Source of the DNA: Rhodospirillales bacterium
Lineage (GTDB): Bacteria > Pseudomonadota > Alphaproteobacteria > Bin95
DNA: 64,000 bases
NCBI GenBank assembly: GCA_038143065.1
Contig: JAYQLI010000035.1
Location: forward strand, 384,001-448,000
Direction: 5' to 3'
In this document: piece after piece, positions 44,687 through 54,901 of the stretch
Position numbering within the stretch: the first letter of the stretch is position 1
Layout: each line of letters starts with the position of its first letter
Notes under the pieces: model-generated
What the model was told of the DNA's origin: nothing
Database searches by the model: none
Seen by the model: only the letters and a program-made list of their open reading frames with translations
Made by a program: the position numbers and the translations under genes

Positions 44687-44897
44687 CCCTTGGAGTTGTT
44701 CTCAAAAAAACTTGAGCTACGTGGTTCGCGGCATTTATAGCGCTCCCGGCTTTGCTGGCCGAGGACTGTGGATACTTAGGTCTCTAAAGAGCATGCGTGA
44801 ATTAAATTCTATGCTAAACAAGAGTGATTATCGGTGGAACAAGAAAAAGCTTTTGCTTGAGAAATTTACCTCAGGAAAAACACCTTGGAGATATGAA

Positions 44898-45644
44898 ATG
44901 GCATTTTCACCTAGAAAAGTTTTGAAATTTATTGGTCTACCGTTGCTAATCTCCGGAGTTAGCTTTTCTTCAGCACAGGCAAAAAATGATGGTGGCTATG
45001 TCGCTTCAATTGAGGCTGGATACGCGTACACCAAGGTCGATGGAAAAGATCAAACCTTTCCTTTAGACGGCGAATTAAACGGCTTGGATATTGATATTGA
45101 AATTAGATCTTTTGAAAATGTGGTGTTGGAGTTTGGTTATCGAAGAGATGAAGGCGAGTTCACAAGAACTGACGGACTCAAGACTGACTATAAAAGAGAT
45201 ATATTCAATATAGATGCCGGGTATAATTTTGCTCCCAAAGAGGCAACTAACGAAATTATTCCATTCATAGGTCTTACCTTAATAGATGCAAAAAACAGAG
45301 TAACTGTTGGTGGTGTTAACATCTTATCTACCCAAAATGCTCAAAAAGGACACTTAGGCCTTAGAGTTGGAAAGCGATGGGAAAAGGCATATGCATCGAT
45401 TTCAGGTGGGTGGGAATTAACCATTGATGAAGATCAAGAGGTGCCAACCGTTGGAATATCTCAAAAGGGTGAGGTGGAGAATTCATTTTTTCTAAAGGCT
45501 AAGATGTCCTATCAACTTACTGATATGCTGAGTATCGGGATCAAGCCTGAGTTCAGATATGATGATTTTGATCAAAAAAATGGTGCACGAAATGTGACCC
45601 AGGAAGAATATTCAGTGACAGTATTTACTGGGCTAAATTTTTAA
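44898..45644 (+). CDS. Outer-membrane beta-barrel protein
   Basis: GGAG before ATG 44898, signal peptide ending SAQA, alternating amphipathic strands, C-terminal Phe (VFTGLNF). Confidence 0.75.
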   Translation: MAFSPRKVLKFIGLPLLISGVSFSSAQAKNDGGYVASIEAGYAYTKVDGKDQTFPLDGELNGLDIDIEIRSFENVVLEFGYRRDEGEFTRTDGLKTDYKRDIFNIDAGYNFAPKEATNEIIPFIGLTLIDAKNRVTVGGVNILSTQNAQKGHLGLRVGKRWEKAYASISGGWELTIDEDQEVPTVGISQKGEVENSFFLKAKMSYQLTDMLSIGIKPEFRYDDFDQKNGARNVTQEEYSVTVFTGLNF

Positions 45645-45850
45645 TCTTCTAAAAGAACGGTAGTATTACAACAGCAATGTTTTGTTGCTATGACGACCTC
45701 GCGGTGACCAATTTTTTCTGATTGAAATTGCGGCGTGGCTGATTAGTTGAATTTTCTATTGTGAGTCAGCACTGAACATATGTGTTGTCTGAGGAACAGT
45801 AACGCATGGTTGTTTTTAAATCCTCTATTGATCTCAAGATTATATTGGCG

Positions 45851-46415
45851 GTGGACAAGTTACTTAAATTGATTGTCTTGAGCGCTATGTGTCTGCTCCT
45901 TGTTAGCAATATAGCGTTAGCAGAAAGCAGACATAGCCACGCTTCTTCAAAGCATATGCACCATCATGATGAAGTTAATATGCCTGGGCTTCGCGGCGAA
46001 AATGCTTCGGCTGAAGAGACTTCTGATTTGGCTGTCCTATTTAGGAACTTTGAGACCTTAAGTCGTGAGGTGGGAGAATCTTCCAAATGGGATCAAAACT
46101 GTAACACGCTCCTCCAATTCGAAGGTTATGGAAGTACTTGTGCGACATGCTGTGGGTATGATTGGGCGCGTGGAACGGAAAGATGATCCAAAGATTTTTA
46201 TCCAAAGTCCAACGCTCAATGCATTTTTCTTACATGGTGACCAAATAGACTCTGAGATTGAAATAACAGATGAGGGATTAGTTATCGTTCAGACTTCAAA
46301 TAATCCTGCACTGGTCAAGGCGCTACAGGTTCATGCTGCTGAAGTCAGTGCAATGGCTGATCGAGGTATGGCTGCTGTTCACGAGATGATGATGAAACAG
46401 CAACGCGGTCATTAA
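45851..46415 (+). CDS. Secreted His/Met-rich hypothetical protein (frameshift near 46073)
   Basis: Signal peptide ending IALA, SRHSHASSKHMHHHDEVNMPG, C-terminal VHEMMMKQQRGH; ORFs 45806.. and 46065.. join at REV/ENLPNG. Confidence 0.7.
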
Positions 46416-46481
46416 AAGAATATATCGTTTTCTTCTAGATTAAGTTACTAATCGCAACATAACTAACTAAACAGATCGAAT

Positions 46482-47221
46482 TTAGTATTTTAACGCGTAG
46501 AAAATTCTTCCAGCCATCTCCCGTACGAAAAAACTAGTGTCTTTGAGTGCCTCTGCGGTAGGAATGAAGTCAATCACCGTTAGCTCCTCGTTTCTTGTCT
46601 AAAGTCGACCGCAAAGGGTTCTACGTTCAGCCCGGCAGCTTCGAAAACCTGCTTGGCGCGCGGCATGTGAAAGGCTGATGTGACAAGGATTATGGTGGGA
46701 TTGGATTTCACAAGAAGCCTTGCTGTTTGAAATGCCTCTTGTTCCGTATTTTCAACCTTTCCTGTTAATATAATTTTTTCTGCATCTACTCCTTGGTCCA
46801 TTGCGATTTTCTTCAGAAAGCTGCCTTCCGGTTCGCCTAATGACCAAGGAAGTTTTCCCTGGGTTAATACCAGCCTTGGAGATTTACCTTTCTTCACGAG
46901 TTCAATGCCCGCAAAGATCCTATCGGATGCATCCGTCCATTCGTAATGAAGGCCCTCTTTAGCGTTTATGGTTCTAACCATGCCACTCAATACAACAATA
47001 GCATCTGCATCTGGCATCAGATCAATTTTTTCTAATCGATAACCTCTTTCTAAAAAATGGATGAGATTATTTGAAACAAAGGGCATTGAGAGAGTAATTG
47101 TTATAATTAACGTAAATATAGATATCCTTTTTGAATTCAAAAAAACCCCTATTAACATTAACAATATAATAAAAAATATAGGACTTATGAAAAAGGGAAG
47201 AATCTTATTTAAATAAATCAT
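46482..47221 (-). CDS. YdcF/DUF218 (ElyC/SanA-like) envelope protein (frameshift near 46590)
   Basis: AIVVLSG, ENTEQEA, LVTSAFHMPRA; shifted C-terminus DFIPTAEAL....FVREMAG..FY ends at 46482. Confidence 0.88.
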
Positions 47222-47228
47222 AAAATAA

Positions 47229-47828
47229 TTAACTCATGCTTGAAATTATTTTCACGCCAGGGCTTTGGGGCCACGCTACCATCTTATCATTAGCCACCCT
47301 ATGTCGCCCTAGGATCAACCATGGATCATCAACCGAACCTATAAATTTATCGACGCGGAAATAACCAGGGTTAGTTTCTGCAATATCGAGAGTGGTCAGT
47401 CCACTGTCATATTTTGATTGCAGGAGTCCTTCAGCAACAAGCATTATTGAATTAACAAAAATATGTTCTGGCCAATCTGATAGATCTGTATAGGCACGAG
47501 TAGCTTTTTGAAGAGCGAGTGTTTGAGGTTTTTCGATGGAGGAACGGGTTAATATTGCGAGGTCTTTGCTGGATGAAATGAATGTGTCCATGACATGGAT
47601 GCCATAATCAAAATGGGCTTTCGCCACGACATCGGAACAGTCTGGGTGGACAGCAGCTTGAACCAAGTAATCAGCGCTTCCTTGAGCGATCATTTCTAGA
47701 CCTTTAAAAAAATCGGTAATTAGATCTAGCTGTCCGTTAATGCCGTGAAAATTCATAAATCGTTGGGTTATTAGTTCGTGGTTAGTGCCAGAAGGGCCTA
47801 GTGTTACAAATATCGGTTTGCGTACCAT
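47229..47828 (-). CDS. Hypothetical protein resembling the prephenate-dehydratase/PBP2 N-terminal fold
   Basis: FVTLGPSGTNHE resembles the PDT LGP.GT.S motif; no ACT domain or TRF motif seen. Confidence 0.55.
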   Translation of the reverse strand: MVRKPIFVTLGPSGTNHELITQRFMNFHGINGQLDLITDFFKGLEMIAQGSADYLVQAAVHPDCSDVVAKAHFDYGIHVMDTFISSSKDLAILTRSSIEKPQTLALQKATRAYTDLSDWPEHIFVNSIMLVAEGLLQSKYDSGLTTLDIAETNPGYFRVDKFIGSVDDPWLILGRHRVANDKMVAWPQSPGVKIISSMS

Positions 47829-47904
47829 TGATGTTCCCTTTCGATTCAAACCAATTTACATTTTGGTTAAGCTTTTTAAACAAAGGTGATTGGGGGACGG
47901 ACTA

Positions 47905-48706
47905 GTGCGACAAGCAGATTGGTATTTTGATTTCATTTCACCTTGTAGTAATGAAACCGCATCGGGAAGGACGGGTGGTTTTTAGTTGCGGTAGTGACGC
48001 TGAAGTATTTATTAAAATTGGCTTTTCGTATCACTTTCCTTGCATACCTGCAATTCCATCAGTTATCGCGTCTACCTGAAGATGTCGAAGTAAGACTTAA
48101 ACCAACACTGTTCGCCGGCCTGTTAAATTTTTGGGGGCAATTAGGTCCAGCTGAAATCCCGGAAAAAAAAGGCATACGTTCCAATTGTGTCGCTGGAGAG
48201 CTGCCAGGACGGGACTAAAGTTCAAGGCGCCCCCAAGACATCCTTTTAATCCTCTTGCTACTCTTCGTTTAGCTATCGCAACTGGAGCTACAATGAAGTC
48301 AGTTGGAATTATATTCGATTATCTATGGTCTGAGGGACAAGACGCTCAAGATCCAGATAGTCTGAGAATTTTGGCCGATCGTCTTGGCGTTCAAGATTTG
48401 AAAACAGCTACTGGTGACGAAGCAGTCAAAATGGCGCTGAGATCAAATACCGAAGAAGCGTGCGCTGCGGGTGTTTATGGTGTGCCAAGCTTTGTTATTG
48501 ATGGTGTCTCCTTTTGGGGCGATGACATGATGGAAATGATGTTGGAGTGGTTAGATGATCCAAATATTTTGGATGATCCTGAATCACACCGCATCGCAAA
48601 TTTGCCAGCAGCTGCAGTGAGGCCGCGTCGTGGAGTTTCAGGTAACTCAAAAAACCATGCGTCTCAAGCGGTTGAGGGCATGGAACTAAAATCGATTGGT
48701 TTGTGA
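47905..48706 (+). pseudogene. DsbA-family 2-hydroxychromene-2-carboxylate isomerase-like gene, interrupted by a 95-bp insertion and a frameshift near 48170
   Basis: GTG 47905 gives MRQADWYFDFISP; after the insert, FAYLQ...LFAGLL..WGQLGPAEIP; then HPFNPL and GVYGVPSFVIDG..FWG.D. Confidence 0.75.
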
Positions 48707-48710
48707 CGGT

Positions 48711-49919
48711 CTAATTTTTCTCCATTTTGGGGAGGGGATATTTTAGTCCAGTTGCACAATTGAATAACACGCATGTTTCATCTTTTGAGATTCTACCGTC
48801 GGCCCTTGCATCCTGATATGCCGCATAAGTCGCAGCTCCTTCTGGACATAGAAGAAAGCCTTCAGATTTTGCTGCTTTTTCGAGTGCAGCTTGTATTTTG
48901 GTGTCCGATACCGCGATTGCGAACCCATTTGATTCTCGCACGGCATCAAGAATAAGAAAATCACCAACAGCCTGCGGAACCCGGATGCCCATAGCGATAG
49001 TTTGAGCATCTTCCCAGCGTTTTGCATGCCGCTCATTAGCCTGAAAGGCGCGCACCATTGGAGCACACCCTTCCGCTTGTACAGCAACCATTCTCGGTCG
49101 TTTGGAACCTATGAACCCAATCTTTTCAAGCTCATCGAAAGCCTTCCACATGCCAATGAGACCAGTGCCTCCACCTGTAGGATACAAGATGACATCTGGT
49201 AACTCCCATCCGAATTGCTCTGCTAATTCTAGACCCATCGTTTTTTTGCCTTCGATGCGGTAGGGCTCTTTTAGGGTGGATGTATCAAACCAATCCATCT
49301 CCTCTTTGCCGTCACCCACAATTTTACCGCAATCGTCAATGTAGCCATTTACACGCCATGTTTTTGCGCCTTGTACCGCTATCTCGCGGAGATTTACTTC
49401 TGGAGTGTCTTCTGGTGCAAAAACATATGATTCAATTCCCGCCCTGGCACAGTAAGCCGCGAGAGCAGCACCAGCATTGCCGTTGGTTGGCATAGCCATT
49501 CTTTTTACGCCAAGTTCTTTAGCCATGGAGACTGCCATGACAAGTCCTCGAGCCTTAAAAGAACCAGTTGGGAGTCGACCTTCATCTTTAACGAAAAGTT
49601 GAGCAGAAGCACCTTCTGCTTTTTGCAAGTTTGGCATTGGTAGGATGGGCGTCATTATCCCGCCAATAGAAACGCAGTTTTCTTGATGGCGTACAGGTAA
49701 TAGTTCCCTATATCGCCAGAGGGTTTGTTCCCTTTTGAGAAGTGTCTCTTTAGTGAACGACCTTTTTACTTCTTCTAATTTATATCGGACCAGGAGGGGC
49801 TTACCCACTCGTGAAAGATTGTGAAGTGTATCCGCTTCATATTGCTCTCCTGTGTAGCTACACTCGAGGTGGCTTACAAAGGTTTGAGTTTTAGGAGCCG
49901 AAGCTAGCATCATTGTCAT
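48711..49919 (-). CDS. Threonine synthase-like PLP enzyme (fold type II)
   Basis: KDEGRLPTGSFKARG, PTNGNAG, KEPYRIEGKKTMG, YPTGGGTG, CPEGA. Confidence 0.88.
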   Translation of the reverse strand: MTMMLASAPKTQTFVSHLECSYTGEQYEADTLHNLSRVGKPLLVRYKLEEVKRSFTKETLLKREQTLWRYRELLPVRHQENCVSIGGIMTPILPMPNLQKAEGASAQLFVKDEGRLPTGSFKARGLVMAVSMAKELGVKRMAMPTNGNAGAALAAYCARAGIESYVFAPEDTPEVNLREIAVQGAKTWRVNGYIDDCGKIVGDGKEEMDWFDTSTLKEPYRIEGKKTMGLELAEQFGWELPDVILYPTGGGTGLIGMWKAFDELEKIGFIGSKRPRMVAVQAEGCAPMVRAFQANERHAKRWEDAQTIAMGIRVPQAVGDFLILDAVRESNGFAIAVSDTKIQAALEKAAKSEGFLLCPEGAATYAAYQDARADGRISKDETCVLFNCATGLKYPLPKMEKN

Positions 49920-49937
49920 GGGTCTGAGTTCCTGAGC

Positions 49938-51428
49938 TTGGTCACAGAAGGAGAATACCCTTTGCGGATTGCGTTAGCGGGTTTTTGGTTAGAATCGGTT
50001 ACTTTTTTACCCGATCAAACCGGAATAGTGGAGTTCGAAAGAAGCGCAAAGCGCGGTAAAGAGTTAGTTGTAGGATTTCAAAATACCGCAACTCCACAAG
50101 GTGGGTTAATTGATGTATTAATTTCTGAAGGCGCGGAGGTTATAGGTATAGTCGACGCCGGTGTAGGTGCTGCGGCATCAGCTAGTGATGCTGCTTATAA
50201 AAAATATCTCTCTGAAATCATTGTAGGTCTTGATTCCATTAAGGAAGAAATTGATGGCGTGGCATTGCACCTTCATGGCGCACTTGCAACTCCCTCCAAT
50301 CGCAAAGCGGATGCTCATATATTAGAGGCTATTAGAGAAGTTGTTGGTCCTAAGATCCCAATTGCCTGTGCTATGGACTATCATGCAAATTTGGCACACG
50401 AGAGCATCACTGCGGTGGATATCATCACAGGCTTTAGATACTCTCCTCATACTGACATGTGGGAAACTGGAGCGCGGGCTGCTCGGCTTTTGGCAAGAAC
50501 TATACGGGGTGAGATTAATCCCGTCATGGCAATGGCAAAGCCAGGTATTGCGCTTCCATCAGTTTTCAGTGCCACACAACTAGAACCTTTATCAGAACTT
50601 GTTGCGTTCGCCGAAACATCTACTGGCGACGGGACTTTATTGGATTGTTCCTTCTTTGGCGGTTTCTCTTATGCCGATACCCCCGATACTGGAATCTCTG
50701 CACTTGCTGTTGCCGATAGTGATGCTGAAGTAGCCAATAATTGGGTTCAAAGCATGGCGGCAAAGTGCTGGGAATTGAAAGACCAATTATTTAGAGAAGA
50801 CTTAATCCATGACGTTGAGAAAGGAGTAGAATATGCGCTGAAGCTCAAGCAATGCAGTAATAAACCTGTCTGTATTCTTGAACATGCTGATCGATTGAAC
50901 GATAGCACATACGTTTTAAAGGAATTACTAAAGAAAGGTGCAACAAAAGTTTACGCACCTTTCATGTTTGACCCCGACTTAGCTGATTTAGCTAATCAAG
51001 CGGGAGTAGGAGCTAGAATAGAACAACCCATGTTCGGTAAGTCTAGCTCACGTGCAGGTGGTGCAATCAATGCATCGGCCAGAGTGCTTTGGGCTGGCCA
51101 GCTTAAATTTCCGATTACGGGCCCTTTAAAGACTGGAATGGAAATTGATCTCGGGCCAACAGCTTTAATTGAATTACAAGGTATTCTTATCTCAGTAATA
51201 TCTGTTCAGTGGTCGGCCATCGATATGGATTGTTTTTATCAATTTGAGGGTCTGAAGCCCGAAGATTTCGATATCATTCTTTTGCGGTCTAAGACCCATT
51301 TCAGAGAAATATACGAGCCAATGTGTTCTGAAATCGTTATTATAGATACTCCTGATTGGGGCCCAGCAAAACTGAGTGCATTGCCCTATGAATTCCTTCC
51401 TAAAGGAGTTTTTCCTGTAACCATTTAA
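49938..51428 (+). CDS. M81-family (MlrC-like) metallopeptidase
   Basis: ESVTF, LHLHGA, DYHAN, YSPHTD, GGFSYADTP, RSKTHFR. Confidence 0.88.
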   Translation: MVTEGEYPLRIALAGFWLESVTFLPDQTGIVEFERSAKRGKELVVGFQNTATPQGGLIDVLISEGAEVIGIVDAGVGAAASASDAAYKKYLSEIIVGLDSIKEEIDGVALHLHGALATPSNRKADAHILEAIREVVGPKIPIACAMDYHANLAHESITAVDIITGFRYSPHTDMWETGARAARLLARTIRGEINPVMAMAKPGIALPSVFSATQLEPLSELVAFAETSTGDGTLLDCSFFGGFSYADTPDTGISALAVADSDAEVANNWVQSMAAKCWELKDQLFREDLIHDVEKGVEYALKLKQCSNKPVCILEHADRLNDSTYVLKELLKKGATKVYAPFMFDPDLADLANQAGVGARIEQPMFGKSSSRAGGAINASARVLWAGQLKFPITGPLKTGMEIDLGPTALIELQGILISVISVQWSAIDMDCFYQFEGLKPEDFDIILLRSKTHFREIYEPMCSEIVIIDTPDWGPAKLSALPYEFLPKGVFPVTI

Positions 51429-51435
51429 GCGCCAG

Positions 51436-53017
51436 CTAAGATTGCAGCGGAAATTTTTCAGCAATCATAATGGTGGGCGCGTTCGTATTTCCTGAAATAA
51501 CGGTTGGCATAACGGACGCATCAACCACACGAAGCCCAGCAATACCTCGAACTTTGCAGGTAAGATCTACAACGGCCATGGGATCAGAGTCTGCTCCCAT
51601 GCGACACGAGCTTGCTGGATGCCAATTTGAAGCTCCTATTTCTTTTGCATAAGCTAAAAACTCATCATCGGTTTTGACATCTGCGCCTGGTGTCATTTCG
51701 TAGCCAAAGAATGGTTTAATAGCCTCTGTTTCCATCAACTTACGGCTAAAACGCATTGCTGTTACGGCTGACTTTTCATCTTCAGGGGTACCCAATACGT
51801 TTGTTAGAATGGACGGTGATTGCTTAGGGTTTGATGACGTGGCATGCACGGATCCACGTGCTTCTGGCCGAAGTAAAGTTGGTCCTAATGTTACACCTGG
51901 TTCTTTATCTAAAGTTCGGTCACGAATTGAAACATAAGTTCCCGGAAAGAATTGAAGTTGTACATCTGGTGTTGCAATTTCAGGTCGTGTTTTAAAGAAA
52001 GCATTCACTGGATTAGTGGGATTTGTAAGAACACCTGTTCTTGAAAAAATATATCTAGCCCCTTTAAAGAGCCCTGAGCCCATGAACTCTTTCATTGTAG
52101 GTATTCAGGTTTCCTTTTTTAGGCGCCAACGCATCCGAAAAATTTGATGGTCATGCAGATTTTTCCCAACGCCTGTAAGAGAATGTAATGGTGTTATGCC
52201 GGCAGACTTAATTATCTGTGGATCGCCAATGCCGGATAGCTCCAGAAGGTGTGGGGAGCCATATGCACCACATGAAACTATAACCTCACGGCTGGCATGT
52301 TGAACGCCCTTAATTTCATAAACTAAACCGGTCGCTTGTTTATCGTTAAGGATAACGTGATGTGCGAGTGCGCCAGTAGCTACTTGAAGATTTGGCCTTT
52401 TTGAGCTGGCTTTAAAAACGCTGCCGCGGTCGAATTCTCTTTCCTTTGGAAATTGTAACTTGAGCATAGCCAATTCCTTCTTGCTCTGCCCCGTTAAAAT
52501 CGGGATTTTCTGGCAAGCCTAATTCCTTGCCAGCAGCGATCATAGCCTTTGAGAATTCTGTTTGCTCGGTAAGGTCTGATACTGTGAGAGGGCCGCCGAT
52601 ACCATGATAGTCATCAGCTCCGCGCTCGTTATTTTCTGCTTTCTTAAAATAAGGTAAGACATCTTCATAAGCCCAGCCTCGGCATCCAAGCTGGGCCCAA
52701 TGATCGTAATCCGCAGCCTGACCGCGCATATAGATCATCCCGTTGATTGATGAAGAGCCTCCTAGAGTTTTCCCGCGTGGCAGGAAGTCTTTTCTTCCAT
52801 TGAGGTTAGGCTCAGGTGCACTCTCAAATAGCCAATTCACATTTGGATTTTGGAGTGTCTTTCCAAATCCAAGAGGCGTATGGATCCAAAAATTTTTATC
52901 TTTGGGCCCAGCCTCTACCAGTAGAACGTTATTGGCTGGATTTTCTGAAAGGCGATTTGCTAATACACAGCCAGCTGAACCCGCACCGACAATAATAAAA
53001 TCAAATTCTTCAGCCAA
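51436..53017 (-). CDS. GMC oxidoreductase, choline dehydrogenase family (several frameshifts)
   Basis: DFIIVGAGSAGC, PRGKTLGGSSSING, VGKNLHDH, WHPASSCRMG, SGNTNAPTIMIAEK. Confidence 0.9.
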
Positions 53018-53030
53018 TTTCACCAGCTTT

Positions 53031-53903
53031 TCATGCTGCGATGACCGGCCCATCACCAACAATGGTCGTTCGGTGCATTACACGCCGTTCCATTGGGTCA
53101 TGAGGGGTGACGAGATGCATAGTGCATCGGTTGTCCCAGAGCACCATATCATCTGTTGTCCAAGAATGACGGTAAACGAAGCGATCTTGCTCTGCGAAAG
53201 CAGTTAATTCTTCGATTAAATCCGAAGCTTCTGCGTTATCCATACCTTCAATTTCGTCATTGTATATAGGACTGATAAATAGTGACTTTTTCTGAGTAAT
53301 TGGGTGCCGTCTGACCATGGGCTGCCAGACAGGGGGCATAGCTTCGCGCTCTTCTGACGATGCTTTTTTTGCATGCGCTATACGACTTAGTTTGTCGAAA
53401 TCATGGCAAGCACTACGCCCCTCAACTTTTTCTTTTAAATGGGGCGGGAGTTCCGAATAGACCGCATACATGATTATAAAACAGGTTACCCCACCAGTTC
53501 TTGAGATTTCTATCCCATGTAAAAGGGAGCCCATTGCTGGGTTTTGACGATAGCTTGAGTCTGTATGCCATTTTCTCGCACTACCCAGCTGCTGCATAGT
53601 GGGATGTTGAGGCATCATAAGATTTCCGTCGTCATCTACATTGGAAACACGGAAGATTTCAGGGGCTTTACGTGATTTAATAATGTTTTGATGAAATACC
53701 TCGGGTTCACCAAACGCACGTGTTGCCGCAACATGTTCTTCATCAGTTACCGGTTGGTCTGGGAAGACTAATACAAGGTTATCCATCCAAATATGATTTA
53801 ATTCTTCCATGACGTCAGCAGACATCGGCTGACGAAAATCCACACCGCGCACTTTAGCGCCAATTAATGGATGCAATTTTTCAACGTCTAAGGTCATTTC
53901 CAA
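53031..53903 (-). CDS. TauD/TfdA-family Fe(II)/2-oxoglutarate dioxygenase
   Basis: WHTDSSY (HxD), WDNRCTMH, RVMHRT. Confidence 0.93.
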   Translation of the reverse strand: MEMTLDVEKLHPLIGAKVRGVDFRQPMSADVMEELNHIWMDNLVLVFPDQPVTDEEHVAATRAFGEPEVFHQNIIKSRKAPEIFRVSNVDDDGNLMMPQHPTMQQLGSARKWHTDSSYRQNPAMGSLLHGIEISRTGGVTCFIIMYAVYSELPPHLKEKVEGRSACHDFDKLSRIAHAKKASSEEREAMPPVWQPMVRRHPITQKKSLFISPIYNDEIEGMDNAEASDLIEELTAFAEQDRFVYRHSWTTDDMVLWDNRCTMHLVTPHDPMERRVMHRTTIVGDGPVIAA

Positions 53904-53909
53904 AGTCTC

Positions 53910-54857
53910 TTACTCGTCAACAAACTCAAAGCCCATAGCGCGGGCGTGATAATAGAAGCCCCCATCTTGTACTATGAGAAAGAAGCAACGCTCATCACCT
54001 GCGTTGGTATGGCTATGAACGGATACGGGTGGGGTGATGGTCGTCGCAAAAGGGGACCAGTCCTTTCTTTTGCCATCTACTGTTGAGTAGCAATTTTTTC
54101 CTTTGACTACGAGCGACACAGCTACTGAATTGTGCCTGTGTGGTCGCTGCGTAACGCCTGGATCCAGGGTGTTCATCGCGACGGTTAAAGTTGGTAGCGC
54201 GTTCCGGCTCGCTTCTTGGACATCTGATGAAATTATTAGTGCCGTCCCAGGTATTTCGGCATCTTTACCGATTTCATAAAGATAATCGATCTGCCGCTCT
54301 ATTTCTTCGGCCGTGCAATGAACGACGGGTGTAGGTGCGTCTCCAAGAGCAGGGGGCTGTGCATGCTCATGTCTAAATTGCGGCTCATTAGTCACTATCC
54401 ATAGGACAGCATCATCGTTTGCCGAGTGGGCGTGGTGTACGCCTCCCGGTGTGATAAATAAATCTCCGGTATTCCATTCGATTATTTCATCACCAATAAT
54501 AGTTTTTCCGGAGCCTTGAATAACATACTGCACGGCTCCACTCGCCCGTGGCGTAGTTTCCCACGTATCCCCCGCCTTTATCTTTGCATACCCAGCCAAT
54601 ACAAGGGGGGAGGTCGCCGGAAAGCCACATTCCATTACATTTGAGGCATCGCAGGGAATAAAACCTGTTGCTGTTTTGGAGCTAAGGGCTTTTTCAGGTT
54701 CCGCGCTGAAAGCTGTATCCGGCACTGGCGGTAGGATCACATTGAAGGCATTCCCGGGGTTAAAAAACCGCGCTCTGGCTTGTGCTTCTGTCTTTGGGGA
54801 TTGTGCGTGCTGAGCTGGCAGATCACCGATTGTAATTGGGGTAGTGCTGTCGGGCAT
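53910..54857 (-). CDS. Bicupin protein, gentisate 1,2-dioxygenase-like
   Basis: Two cupin motifs: GDLFITPGGVHHAH and QRPHRHNS...TPPVSVHSHTN. Confidence 0.75.
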   Translation of the reverse strand: MPDSTTPITIGDLPAQHAQSPKTEAQARARFFNPGNAFNVILPPVPDTAFSAEPEKALSSKTATGFIPCDASNVMECGFPATSPLVLAGYAKIKAGDTWETTPRASGAVQYVIQGSGKTIIGDEIIEWNTGDLFITPGGVHHAHSANDDAVLWIVTNEPQFRHEHAQPPALGDAPTPVVHCTAEEIERQIDYLYEIGKDAEIPGTALIISSDVQEASRNALPTLTVAMNTLDPGVTQRPHRHNSVAVSLVVKGKNCYSTVDGKRKDWSPFATTITPPVSVHSHTNAGDERCFFLIVQDGGFYYHARAMGFEFVDE

Positions 54858-54901
54858 GTTTAAGCTCCAAAGTTTAAGAAGAAATACTGTTGCAAAGCAT
54901 A

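Noticed and set aside
44712-44897. 62-aa N-terminal extension of the beta-barrel ORF
   Set aside because: RBS and signal peptide point to ATG 44898.
41300-48000. attL/attR repeat of the tRNA 3' end, or an integrase
   Set aside because: No second copy of CCCTGTCCGCCA and no recombinase ORF found by eye.
49938-51428. Microcystin degradation (mlr) cluster
   Set aside because: Only a generic M81 peptidase; no mlrA/B/D.
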